Assembly (NCBI RefSeq): GCF_009914755.1
Contig: NC_060931.1
Length of the DNA: 64,000 nucleotides
Origin: the human T2T-CHM13v2.0 reference genome, Homo sapiens
Direction: 5' to 3' (one strand)
Each line of letters begins with the position of its first letter. Position 1 is the stretch's first letter. The notes under the pieces were generated by a model, which saw nothing but the letters and a program-made list of their open reading frames with translations, was not told the origin of the DNA and did not search any database. Below, piece by piece: positions 30,163-44,659 of the stretch. The translations under genes and the position numbers were made by a program.

Positions 30163-33100
30163 TCACCTGATAGTTGGGGCCAGTGATATGTCACAATTAT
30201 CCATGTGGGCAGGGCCCAGGAAGAAAAATGACAGTCACATCACCTGAGTGCTGAGCCCATTGATATGTCAGAAGTCTTGCTGTAGGCAGACCCCATGTAG
30301 AAGAGGAGAATCACATGTCTTAGGTGCTGGGTGCAGTGTAATGTCACTATCTTTCTGAGAGCAGGGCCCAGGCACATCAATTACACCTATTAGGTTCTTG
30401 GCCAAGTATACGGCACAATTTTATTTGTGAACTGGACCCAGTCTGGGGAGTCAAATCACCACATGTTGGGCAAAGGCATATGTCACAATAACACTGTGGA
30501 AAGGTCCAGTGATAAGTTCCATCATCCTGCCCATGTCTTGACTCCAGGTAAAAGATTCATCATTGTGCTTGTAATTTGGTCCCAGGTATATGGCACAATA
30601 CAACCTGTGGGGAGGGAGAGGCCAGAAAAGACACATCACTTGGGTGCTGGTCCAGAGACATGTCACAATCCCCCTTGTAGGCAGGACCCTGGCAGAAGAG
30701 TCACATCACCTGGCTGCTGGGCCCAGTGATATATCAAAATCCCCCTTGTAGGCAGAGCTTAGGCAGGAAAGGAGACTCACTTCACCTAAGTAATTAGCCT
30801 AGACAGGTGTCACAGTGGCCCTCATGGGCATGGCCAAGGCAGGAGAGTGACATCACCTTGGTGCTGGGCTCAGCAATGGGTCACAATCTCTCCAGTGGGC
30901 AGGGACCAGGCAAGAAAGGGAATCCCATCCACCTAGGTGCTGGGCTAAGTGATATGTTCCAATGCTTCCTGTAGGAAGAACTCAGTCAGGAGAGTCACAT
31001 TATGTGGGTGCAGTACCCAGCTAAATGTCACAATGCACTCTAAGCACAGAGCCAAGGCAGTAGAATGAAGTCACATCACCTACATAATGAACCCAGAAAT
31101 AAGTCACAATGCTCTTTGTAGGCAGGTACCAGGCAGGGGAGTCACAGCACCTGGGTGGATGCTGGTCACAGTGAAATGTAAAAATGCCCTTGGCAGGCAG
31201 GGCCCAGGAAGGAGTTTCACGTTACTTAGGTGGGTGGCCCAGGTATATGTCACAATTTTATCTGTGGGCTGGGCCTAGGAAACAGTCAGATCACTCAGGT
31301 TCTGGGCAAAGGTATATTTCCCAATCACACACTTGGGAATGTACAGAAATGAGTTTCACAGTTTCACACGAGTCCTGGCTTCATGTATGAGAGGCAACCC
31401 CTCCTGTGAGTGGGGTTCAAGTAAGGAGTTACAGTCTCAACAATGCACAAATCCATGCACAACAGCCCCAATCTCACCTGCAGATTGTGTTCTGATAGGG
31501 AACTCACAGCCTCACAGGTCTGCTGAATCATGGTTTGAGAGTCACCAAACCACCTGGAAACCAGATCCACATATGAGAGTAACAAATCCAACTTGCAACT
31601 GTGTTTATGTGTGAGATTAAGTGCCACATTCATAGGCTCTGTTTATGTGTAAGAATGAAGAGCCTGTAGGCTGGGTCTGCATATGAGAGTCACAATCTCA
31701 GCTGTTAGCTAGGCCCTGTTATCAACTCTCTGTATCACTGTAGGTCTTCCCATGATAGTCCTGAGTGTTGTAATGTTCTGTAAATTTTATACAAGTAAGA
31801 GACCCAGGACATTACCTGTGGCCCTAAGCCTGGCTACAAAAGTCAAAATATTTCCCACTGGCTGTGTCCAGGTAAGAGAGTCATCATTGTGCCTGTGATC
31901 TGGACCCAGGTATATGCCACAATTTCACCTGTGGGCAGGAACAAGGCAGGAGAGTCACATCACCAATGATATGTCACAATGCCCACTGTAGACAGCGCAC
32001 AGGCAGGAGAGTCACATCATCTGAATTCTTGGTTCAGCAATACATCAAAATCCCTTCTGTAAGTAGGGCCCAGGCAGCAAGAAGAGTCACATTACCTAGG
32101 TGCTGAGCCTGGCAATATGTCACAATGCTCCCCGATAGCAGGGCCCAGGAAAGAGCAGAGTCATATTGCACAGCTGATTGGCCCAGAAATTTGTCACAAT
32201 CTCCACTGAGGGCAGGGCACAGGAAGAAAAGGAGAGTCACATTAACTAGGTGATGGGCCCAGCCAAATGTCACAATCTTTCCTGTAAGCAGGGCCCAAGC
32301 AGGATACTAGAATCACATTACATAGGTTATGGGCCCAGTGATATGTCACAATCCCTACTGAGACTAGAGTCCTGGAATGAGAGAAAAATTACACCACTTC
32401 TTTGATGTGCCCAGAGATATGCCACAATGACCCCTTTGGGCTTGCCCATGCAGAACACAAGAGTCACATCATCTAGGTAATAAACCCAGAGTCACATCAC
32501 AATTTTTCCTGAAGGCAGGGCCAAGGCAGGAGAGTCACATCACCTAGGTTCTTGGCCCAGCAATATGTCACAATCCCTTCTAAATGCACAAGCAGGAAAG
32601 AAGAGTCACATAACTTAGGTACTGGGCACAGAAATATGCCACAATCCCCAATGGAGGCCAAGACAAGGCAAGTCAGTAGAGTCACATCACATAGGTGATA
32701 AGTCCAAAGATATGTCACAATGTACCCTGTGGTAAGGCCCAGGCTGGAGAGTTACATCACCTAGGAACTTGGTCCAGGTATATGTCACAGTCCCAACAGT
32801 TGGCTGAGTTCAAACAAATTGTAAAATAAATTAAGTGCTGTGTGAACGTATACGCCACAATCACACCTGCGGGAAGGACCAGGAATAAATTTCACAATTC
32901 TACATATTTCCCAGCTTTAGGTCTGAGAGTCAACACCTCTTGTGAGTTGCATCCAAATACACGAGACACAGTCTTAACATCGGACAGGATCCGTGCATGA
33001 GAGCTCCATCTCCACCTGCAAACAGAGTCCCCATAAGATAGGCACAGCCTCACCAGGGTGCTGAATCTTGGTCTCAGAGTCACTATCCTACCTGTTGACC

Positions 33101-36100
33101 AGATGCATGTATGTGAGTCAAACTTTCAACTTTTCATTGCCTCTGGGCATGAGATTCAGAACCTCAACAGTGAGCTGTGTCTATATGGGAGAGTGACTAT
33201 CCTTATTGTTGGCTAGGTATGCATAGGAGATTCACAATTTCCTCTATGTTTTTGGCTCTGTTATGACACTCTTTGTACCATCTGAGATCTTCACACAACA
33301 TGCTTGAGAGTGGAATTCTGCTCTGAGAACTTTATGTTTTTATGGATCCAAGATCTTACCCGTTACCCTAAGCCCAGGCAGAAGTCAACATAATTTCTCT
33401 TGTCTGGGTCCAGCTATGAGAGTCATCACCATGTTTGTGAGCTGGGTCCAGAAATGAGTCACAATCTTACCTGTGGTCAGATCTGCATATGACAGTCACA
33501 ATTTCAACTGTGAACTGTGTCCACAAGGCAAAGTCAGGATGTCACTAGTGGGATCTGCCCACATGTGTGGGTGACAATTCTTACTGTCAGCTGGCTGTGG
33601 GTATGAGAATAAGTCTCAACTTTGTATTGGGCTGTGTTGACACTCTCTGTACCACCACAGGGCATTATACTGTATGTGATTTTATGTTGTATGTGTTGTG
33701 ATTTTTTTTGTGACCTTTGTACAAGTAGAAAACCCAGAACCATCCCCATTTTCCCAAGCGTAACAATGAGAGTGAACGTCTCTTCTGTTAGCTTGGTTCA
33801 AGTGTAAGAGACAACACTGTGCCTGTGAGTTAGTCAAGAAATGACTTCCCTTTGACCTGTGGCCAAATCCACATACGACAGTCACGATTCCAACTGTGGT
33901 CTGCATCCATATGTGAGATTTATAACCTCACCAGTGGGCTGTGTCTAGGTTTAAGGGTGACAATCCCATTGTTGGCTGGGTGCACCTGTGGGAGTCACAA
34001 TCTCACCTGCGTGTTGGACCGTGTTATGACATAGCTTATACCACCCAAGGGCTTTGTAAAATATTTGTGTCATAATCTCCCATGACCTTTTATAAGAAAA
34101 CCCAGAACCTTACCTGTGTCCCTAAGTCTAGCCAGAAGAGTAAAAAATCTGTTGTTTTGGTTGAGTCTATGTATGAGAGTCATTATCATGTCCACTAACT
34201 GGGCCTGGGTATATGTAAAAATTTCACCTCTGGGTGTGGATCAGGCAAGAGTCACATCACCTGAATTCTGGGCCAGGAATATGTCAACATTCTTCTTGTG
34301 TGCAGTGCCATAGCAGGAAAGCCACATCGCCTGAGTGCTGGGCTTAGTGAGATGTTACAACGCCTTCTGTGGACATAAAATGATAGTCACGTCACTTATA
34401 TATTGGGTCCAGAAATATGTCACAATTCCCACTGTTGGCATGGCCCAGGCAGAAGAGTCACATCATTTGGGTGCAGGATCCAGCGATATGTTACAATCCT
34501 TACTGGAAGCAGGACCCAGGCAGAAGGGAAGAATCGTGTCACCTAGGGGATGGGTCTAAAAATATATCACAATTTACCCTGTGGACAAGGTTCAGGCAGA
34601 AAAAGATGGTAACATAACCTAGGTGATAGATCTGGAGATATGTCCAAATTTCCCCTAAGAAAAGGGCCAAGACAGGAGAGTAATATTGCCAAGGTGTATG
34701 GCCCAAATATATGTCACTGTCTCATTTGTTGGTTTTATCCAGGCAAAATAATCAAATCTCACAAGCTGGGCAAAGCTATATGTCACAGTCACACCTGTAG
34801 GAATGTCCAGAGATTAGATTCACAATCTCACATTGGTCCCAACACCAGGTATGGGAGTAAACACTTGTGAGTTGGGTACAAGTTTGCAAGTCAGAATCTC
34901 AGTGTTGACCTGGATTCCTGCATGAGGGCCCCAAGACCCCTGCAGACTTTTTCCTGATAGAATAGTAACAGCCTCACACATGTGCTGAATATTTGAGAGT
35001 CATCATCTTTTTTTGTGGAACAGATTCACATATGAGAGTCACAGTTCCAACTTTTGACTGTCTCTGAGCAGAAGATTCAGAAGCTCAGCAGTGACTGAGC
35101 TGTGTCCATGTGGCAAAGTGACAATCCTGACTGTTGGCTGTGCCTATGAGAGTCACCATCCCACCTGTGTGCTGAGCCCTGTTATGACACTCTCTGTGCC
35201 ACTCAGGAACTTTATAAAATATGCACGAGTGTTGTAATCTCTGATCTTTCTACAAGTAAAAGACCCAGTAAATTGCCTATTTCCATAGCCTATTTAGAAG
35301 AGTCAAAATATTTTCTACTGTCTTGGTCCAGGTAAGAGAATCATCATTATGCCTGTGAGTTGGGCTTATGTATATGTCACAATCTCACATATGGGCAGGG
35401 ACCAGGCAGAAGTTCACATCACCTGAGTGCTAGGCAAGGAATATGCCAATATTTCCCATGTGAGCAGGGCCCAGCAGGAGAGTTAAATCAACTGGGATCT
35501 TGGCTCCATGATATGTAACAATTTCTTTTAGGCATAGCCTGGGCAGGAAAGGAGAGTCACATCACATAGGTGCTGGGCACAGCAATATGTCTCAATGTCC
35601 CCTTTAATTATGGCTTAGGCTGGGGAGCAGAGTCATGTCACCTAGTTTATGGGCTCAGTAATATGTCACAATCTTCAGTGGGGCTCGGCCCAACCGGCAG
35701 TGTAGAGTCACATCTCCTAGGTAATGAGCCCAGAGATCTGTCACAATGCCTTCTGTAAGCTGGGCCTAGAAAGATAGGGAGAGTCACATCACTAGGTGAT
35801 TGGCCCAGAGATATGTAACAATTTCTCCTGAAGGCAGAGCCCAGGCAGGAACATCACATCACCTATGTAGCCCAAGTATATGTCACAATTTCAACTGTAG
35901 ACTGGGCCCAGGCAAAAATGTAAAAGCAATCAGGTGCTAGGCAAAGGTATATGTCACAATCATACCTGAAGAAAGATCCAGAAATAAAATTTCTAATCCT
36001 GCACATGTCCCAGCTGGAGGTTTGTGAGTCAACACCTCCTGTGAGTTGAGTCTACACATGCAATTCACAATCTCAACAGTGGACAGGATCCATACATAAG

Positions 36101-36177
36101 AGCCTCAACTCCACCTGCGCACAGTGTCTTAGTAGGGCAGACACACCCTAGCAGGAGTGCTGAAGTTTTGTCCAAGA

Positions 36178-36299
36178 GCTGAGGCAGGAGAACTGCTTGA
36201 ACCTGGAAGGCGAAGGTTGCAGCGTGCTGAGATCATGCCACTGCACTCCAGCCTGAGTGACAGAGCGAGACTCTGTCTCAAAAAAAAAAAAAAAAAAAA
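36178..36299 (+). mobile_element. 5'-truncated Alu (right-arm portion) in the satellite
   Basis: gctgaggcaggagaa...ctgtctc plus poly(A). Confidence 0.9.
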
Positions 36300-37079
36300 G
36301 AGTTATAATTTTACCTGTCAATCAAATCCCCATATGAGAGTCACAATTCCAAATTTTGACTGCTACCAGGTGTGAGATTGAGAACCTCAAGAGTGGGCTG
36401 TATGCATGCATTGAGGGTGAAAATCTTAATGATTGGCTGGGTATGCCTAGCGGAGTCACAATTTCACATGTGCACTGGCCTGTGACAACATCTGTGTACC
36501 ACCAAAGGTCTTTATAAAATATGCATGAGCGTCCTAATAGTCCGTGACCTCTCTATATGTAGAATACCCAGAAGCATACCTGTTGTAATAAGCCTAAGAG
36601 CAAAAATCTCTTATTGGCTGGGTCCACGTATGACAGTTATCATCATGCCTGTGAGCTGGACCTAGGTATATGTCACAATCCCATCAGTGGGCAGGAACCA
36701 GGTAGGTGAGTCACGTTACCTTGGTTCTGTGCCAGGGATATGTCACAATACCCACTGTAGGCAGAATGCAGGCAGGCGAGTGACATCATGTGGGTGCTTG
36801 GCCCAGTGATGTCTTAATCTTTTCTGTAGAAAAGGCCCAGGCAGGAAGAGAAAGTCTTATTATCTACATGATGGGCCCAGTGATTGTCACAATCCCCCTT
36901 GTAATCAGGGCCCAGACAGGAGAGAAGAGTCATATTGCCTAGACAAAGGGCCTGGTGACATGTCACAATCTTCACTTGGGGCAGGACAAAAAGAGAAGGG
37001 TCACATTATCCATGTGATGGGCTCAGAAATATGTTACAATGTTGCTTGTAGACAGGTCCTAGGGAACAGAAGTCAGTCA

Positions 37080-37469
<390 letters not shown>

Positions 37470-37519
37470 CTAGACCTAGAAGGTGCTGCTGAGGTTAACA
37501 CTGCACAGGGCATGAGAGG

Positions 37520-38084
37520 CATATTAGTCTTCCATTGCTCTGTAACAGGTCACCAGAAAATTAGTGGCTAGGAACACACCCATTTATTAGCTCATGGTTC
37601 TGTAGAACTTATGGTTCAGAGTCCGGCAGGCTCCACTGGGCTCTCTGTTTTAGTTTTCAAAACGCTGAAGTCAGAGTATCAAACAGTCTGGGCTCTCATC
37701 TAGAGGTGCTGGGAAGAACCCATTTCTAAACCCATTCTGGTTGCCAATTTCCAATTCCTCATGGTTGTAGGACTGGGATCCTTGTTCCCTTGCTCGCTGC
37801 TAGCTAGGACCCACTCTCTGTAAGTAGATGTTTCCCCACATTTTTCTCAAATTGCCCCTCCATCTTCCAAGTCAGCAAAAGCACATCACATTTCCCTCCT
37901 ACTTTGAATCTCTGACTTAGAGAAAGCTCTATGCTCTCAAAGGCCTGCATAGTTAGGCCAGGCCGACCTGGATAATCTTCCTATCTTGAAACATAACACA
38001 ATCACGGGACTGAAATCCCATCATATTCAGAAGTTCCCGAGATTTGGACATCTTTGGGGAATTTTAGAAATTCTGTCTACTACA
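37520..38084 (-). mobile_element. MLT1 (D/E-type) MaLR LTR
   Basis: tattagtcttccattgctctgtaaca...tttattagctcatggttctgtag...aattctgtctactaca. Confidence 0.8.
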
Positions 38085-38424
38085 AGAGCTAGGACTCAAA
38101 AAAGAGGCTTGGAATCCTAACTGGCAGGTCTTTGACAGCAGCCAAAAATCCAAATGAGACTTCAGTGAGGGTAAAAGTGGGGTCTGAATTCTGATTACCC
38201 ACCAGGAGGTTTGCCTTTGCACTGCTTGAGTGCACACATTTGTAAAAGGTCTCACACCCACTCCGTTATTTCTTTGATCTCCTAGGGCATTCTGATGGTC
38301 ATAGTAATTTTGAAGGCCAGGCTCTTCCTTCCTCTGAATTGGGTCGGTGAACCTTCTTGCTGTCCCCATGAAGGGTCCCTGTTATGTTCCTTGACAGCCC
38401 AGATCTGGAACTCAGTCCAAACAA

Positions 38425-38712
<288 letters not shown>

Positions 38713-38813
38713 TTATTAGGAGGGCAAAAGTTTTATTTTCATCCATATTTGCGTTGTATTTTAATGCACAGCAGGAACTTATAAGAGAAAACCCAGAAAA
38801 GTAATTAGGGTAA

Positions 38814-39121
38814 GTCTGGGCGCTGTGGCTCACGCCTGTAATCCCAGCACTTTGGGAGGCTTAGGCGGGGGGATCACCTGAGGTCAGGGGTTTGAGACCA
38901 GTCTGGCCAACATGGTGAAACTCTGTCTCTATTAAAAATACAAAAAGTTGGCTGGGCATGATGACAGGCGCCTGTAATCCCAGCTACTCAGGTCGCTGAA
39001 GTAGGAGAATCTCCTGAACCCAGGAGGCAGAGGTTGCAATAAGCCAAGATTACACCATCGCACTCCAGCATGGGTGAAAAGAGCAGGACTCCATCTGTCT
39101 CAAAAAAAAAAAAAAAAAAAA
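38814..39121 (+). mobile_element. Alu
   Basis: Full dimer with A tail. Confidence 0.95.
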
Positions 39122-39565
39122 GAATAGAATAATCACACCTGCAAAAAGTAAGTGGATTAGCTTTACATAACAAACTTTAAAGGTGAGGACTGGCCAGGCT
39201 CCGTCCCTCTCCAGCTCACTCAAAAAAACTAACAATTATCAAGGGTAAGAAATAGAAAAGGGAAGGCCCAGCTCCAGCTAGTTTCCACCCTCCCCATGAG
39301 GCTATTTTTTTGCCAGTTTTGTATCGACAAGAAGAAAATGGAGTGAGAATGAGATCTGTACCCTTCGGGACTCTGGCAGTGAGAAACAAAGTAGAATATG
39401 AGATATGCTTAAATATCCTAGAGAAAGATTTCTAGGTTAAGATTTGAAATGCTCCAAAAACTTGTGTGGTGTTAATGAAATGACTCAACCTCTGGGTGTC
39501 AGTTTCCTAACCTGTAAAATGGGGATCTATGCCTACTTCATCAAATTGTTGCCAGAGTTAAATTC

Positions 39566-39642
39566 TTTTTTTTGAGACAGAATCTCGCTCTGTCGCGCAG
39601 GCTGAAGTAAAGTGGCACAGGCGTGAGCCACCGCACCCAGCC
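39566..39642 (-). mobile_element. Internally deleted Alu (both ends kept), inserted in a MIR remnant (~39470-39565)
   Basis: poly-T-gagacagaatctcgctctgtcg...agtggcACAggcgtgagccaccgcacccagcc; TSD taaattc at 39559-39565 and 39643-39649. Confidence 0.85.
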
Positions 39643-39710
39643 TAAATTCACTAATATTTAAAAATGGTGGTTACTGCAAGTGTCCACATTATTAATAAAA
39701 TAGTATCAGT

Positions 39711-40031
<321 letters not shown>

Positions 40032-40611
40032 TCAAAATATATAAAAGAGATAATATTGATGAGACCAAAGACACAATTCCCAGATTCATAAAGAGTCCAG
40101 CAATATCCGAATGAGAAGACTGACAAGTAAGTTGAATTCTTCACAGCTCCACTGGAGAGAATGAGCATGGGGCTCTAGCAAGATAAGTACCTGGCCAATG
40201 TCCAGTCACTAGTCTAGTAAGGGTAGAATCCCTAAAGACCCTGGGAAATACAGTTAAACAACAGGCTAACAGGAAAAAAAGTGGAACAAACCACACAACC
40301 CAGCAGATACTACCAGGAATGGGAGAGCAGAGGAGGGTCAGAGCCACAAAATCTAACCAGAAGACACCAAATTGCAAGGAGCTCCTGCTCCGTGCACAGC
40401 AGCTGTGGCTGCATCAGGACCAATCTTCTCAGACAGCTGCCGTGAGATGGCTGACAGCACAGTGTCTTTGCAGCCACACACCAAACAGCAGTGCATCTAA
40501 ACACAGGTCCCAAGACTCCTCTCCGTTAATCCTCATTTTAAAATGATGTGTAGGTTCACATTACAACATTCCCTTTCAACACTTGTGAGCAAGTGTAATC
40601 AGACACCCTTA

Positions 40612-41023
<412 letters not shown>

Positions 41024-41380
41024 GACTAGAGCCCCAGTATTGTGCTGTCATCTCCCTATACTTCCTCATCTTGCCACCTGCATAGATGACACATGGTTTC
41101 TCTTCCTTTCTTTACAAAGGCAGTGACGAATCTAGGTGTAATTAATCCTGAAGTGGTAAATTCTTCACAAGTTTCGCAAGTACAGTAATAGATTTCCATG
41201 GTCACAATCATGTTTTCCCATTTTTTTTGATAGTGTACCACATTCAGAAATCACAAATGAAAAACTATTGGAATGTGTGACATGAATGAACTATCACTTC
41301 CCTGTAGATTAACACCCGGGTTATTACAGATTAGATATAAAAACAAGAAAGCTTGTACCAACTTTCTGAAAGTAACTTTC

Positions 41381-41666
41381 TTTTTTTTTTTTTTTTTTTT
41401 TCTGAGATGGAGTCTTGCTCTGTCGCCCAGGCTGGAGTGCAGTGGTGCAACCTCAGATCACTGCAACCTCCACCTCCTGCCTCAGCCTCCCATGTAGCTG
41501 AGATTACAGGCACACACCACCATGCCCAGCTAATTTTTGTATTTTTAGTAGAGATGGGGTTTCACCATGTTGGCCAGGCTGGTCTCAAACTCCTGGCCTC
41601 AGGTGATCCACCCGCCTTGGCCTCCCAAAGTGCTGGGATTACAGGTGTGAGCCACTGTGCCCCGCC
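41381..41666 (-). mobile_element. Alu
   Basis: Antisense dimer with small deletion; TSD aaagtaact. Confidence 0.93.
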
Positions 41667-42599
41667 AAAAGTAACTGTTTCTGAGTACTTAGTATTTTAG
41701 GGACATCAATTATTAAGAGGCTACATGGAAGCAGAAGTGCTCCTGGATGTTTCCACTATCTAGACAGAACATTTCAACAGATCAGTCCCAGCAAGTTCAG
41801 TTCCATCCCTGACTGCAGAAGGTCATGAGCTTTCCATCCAAAGCAGAGATGTTAAACCTCACAGGTTCAAATGCCTTCCAAATGATCTACACCTTGAAAG
41901 TTGCTCCCACAAAGCTGGAGTGCCATCTGTTCCAGAGAGAGCTGGTCACCATCTATGTTTTTGAGACACTGGCCAGTCAGGTCTAAGGTGAGATGAAGCC
42001 ATGATCACATGTGTAAAATATCAAAACAATCATTACCTTTAGGTTGATTTTTGGAGGCCTAGCCCCTTAAATGGGTTGGTAAAAATGGCCCACCCAGACA
42101 CATGCCTGGAAACACTGGGGCTTTCTCCTCTGCTTTTAGCAGATCCCGGGTAAGCCAATAATTACTCTCCCTCATGTCTCGACTTCTACTTCCACGAAAA
42201 AGGGGTCAGTGAGGTTGACATTTTCACCAAACCACAGCCCATGTTACCCACTGCAAAGCTCAAGTTGTTTACGGGCGGCCCAGGCAGCAAATTTCTCCCA
42301 AATGCTGCTGAACTGGCGCTCTGCCTGGAGTAAGCAGAGGCCGGTGGCACAATGTACAATGTCTCAGACAGCCATCAGGCCAGTTTCTGTAGTAGTTTAG
42401 GAAAGCAGGCGGCTCCATGGGCTGAAGGAGGCGCGATGCCATGGAAAAACCAGCGGATAAGGATAAAGAGAGGAAGAGCTGCTCAGCCGGAGGTAGGACC
42501 TGCCAGATTTGGGCAAAAGCCCAGATTTATCCCTTATATTTCTCTCCAAACTCACTCCCCATGGAGACAGGGCAGCAGGGGGTGAGCGGGCAGCACTGC

Positions 42600-42766
42600 T
42601 TTGCCAGGTCCACACCACCCTGCCCCTCCCACTGAGCCCGGTGCCTGCTGGAATTGTAGTCCTGCAGCCAGGCGACCAGAGAGCCGGGAGCCGTTAAGAG
42701 ACTACAACGTCCCCGCACGCCCGGCGAGGTGCGCAGCGCCCTGCCTCTCTTTCTTCTTCTTTCTTC

Positions 42767-42797
<31 letters not shown>

Positions 42798-43500
42798 TTT
42801 TTTGAGACAGAGTCTCCCTCTGTCGCCCAGGCTGGAGTGCAGTGGCGCGATCTCGGCTCACTGCAACCTCCGCCTCCGGGGTTCAAGACTGCCTCAGCCT
42901 CCCGAGTAGTTGGGACTACAGGCGCCCGCCACCACGCGCGGCTAATTTTTTGTATTTTTAGTAGAGACGGGGTTTCACCGTGTTAGCCAGGATAGTCTCG
43001 ATCTCCTGACCTCGTGATCCGCCTGCCTCGGCTTCCCAAAGAGCTGGGATTACAGGCGAAAACCACCGCGCCCTGCCGCCCTGCCGCCCTGCCTCTCTTT
43101 CTAAAGCTATGCCCAAACCCCGAGCCCGGAGCATGCCGGGATTGTAGTCCTGCAGTCCTGCAACCTAGGGACTGCGAGAGGTTAAGAGACTACATCTCTC
43201 AGCATGTCTAGCTAGGCGCGCACCGCCCTGTCCCCAGGGCTTCGCACCGCCCCCAGACTTGCGCATGCTGGGATTGTAATACTGTCGCCTTGCCACCAAC
43301 GGGCTACGAGCGGTTAAGAGACTACAGCTCCCAGGATGTACGGTGATGGCACCCGTTTGGACTCCGCCCCTCTGCGCGTCTAGAGCTGTTCTCCCGTGCG
43401 GAGGGGATCCTGGCTGTTCCCAAATCTCGCCTGCCTGCGAGGAGCCAGCGTGGCCCGGGCAGCTGATCTCAACCTGTGATTGTGACATCACCCCTACCTG
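42600..43500. promoter_or_regulatory. CpG-island promoter with six ZNF143/THAP11-type ACTACAnnTCCC(AGCATGC) motifs in three inverted pairs; probable distal promoter of the downstream ZNF gene
   Basis: Motifs at 42660-42641 (-), 42701 (+), 43148-43131 (-), 43189 (+), 43280-43261 (-), 43321 (+); GC box ctccgcccc near 43362; high CpG density. Confidence 0.8.
42755..43077 (-). mobile_element. CpG-rich AluY/Sc-type element inside the promoter cassette
   Basis: 18-bp TSD cgccctgcctctctttct (42737-42754 and 43085-43102); (CTT)n/T tail; ~21 CpGs by manual count. Confidence 0.95.
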
Positions 43501-44659
43501 AGGAAGCCTCTTCCAGCCTGCTCAAGGTTGCCGTAGTTAGGTTTACCCTCCCTTCCTTCCCTCACCCCGTCCTTTCCCTCATCCCTGCCCCTTCCTCTGT
43601 CCCACGCGGCTTTCAGACATGCATAGTGCAGCCCCTCAGTAAAGGTGCAGCTAATGGCCCGTGGGCCTAGCAGTTGTCAGGCCTTTTGGGAGCCCATGAT
43701 GGGAGCTCCCTGGTAAGTGAAACCGTCAATTAACTGCCTAAAATGACAATACCCCGTCTCTGGTATCTTTGCACTTGCCTCTTCAAAGCCACCTTTTCCT
43801 TTCTCTCTCTCTGGACTGTCACAGATCCTCCTCTGTACCCCAAGAACACCCCATTGGATTTCCAGGCTGGCTGCTTGGCCTACACACCTGGGTCAGGCCT
43901 CTCGCAGGGATGCGCCTGCCACTGTAATAAAGAGGAGAAAACGTCACACGGGAAAGGCCTGACTCCTTCGTACAATCAGAATACTCAACTGCACAGAGAA
44001 GGGACCCCTTTAAGCCACTTTGGGAGCCACATCCACCACTCTGTGACTCCCACACAGGCTGGTTCCCAGGTATCAGGTGTCCTAGTGTTAACACGGGCCA
44101 AAAGGACAAAACAGGACCCTAGGTCCTTCCCAAAACATTAGGAAAGTTTGTGTACTGAGGTAATGTACAATGTCTTTTTGCCCTGAATAGGGCTCCCTTA
44201 AAAACTCTTTTAATAATCATTTTTAAATATATCTCTGGAACCACTTTTAGTAATTTGCTGAAGGAACATAAAAGTAATTACCTTAATTCATGTTTTTCTT
44301 TTAGTTTTTCAGATTAACTAAGTAATTCATATTGTACATTTCTGAAATTGAAGTACGCACAGCTTCAATTCTGTGCAGGGAGGATGCAGCAGGAGAGAAT
44401 ATTCTGGGCACATCTTTCTGGAGAATCACTTTTACTACAAGATTTGTAAGAAACAAATTTATTTCCAAGGTAAGAAATTAAAACTCTAAAACAAGGCTAG
44501 AAAGTCATCTGCCTTTAATAACCCTTAGTCATCTGTGCCTGATATGTGAGACTTTCTCCAAGATAAATCTCTCAAGGATAACCTATTTTCCATCATTATA
44601 ATTAGTAAAAATTAGAAATTTTAGAAAGTCAATTGGAAGCCCTGTCCTGCCAGTTTCTT

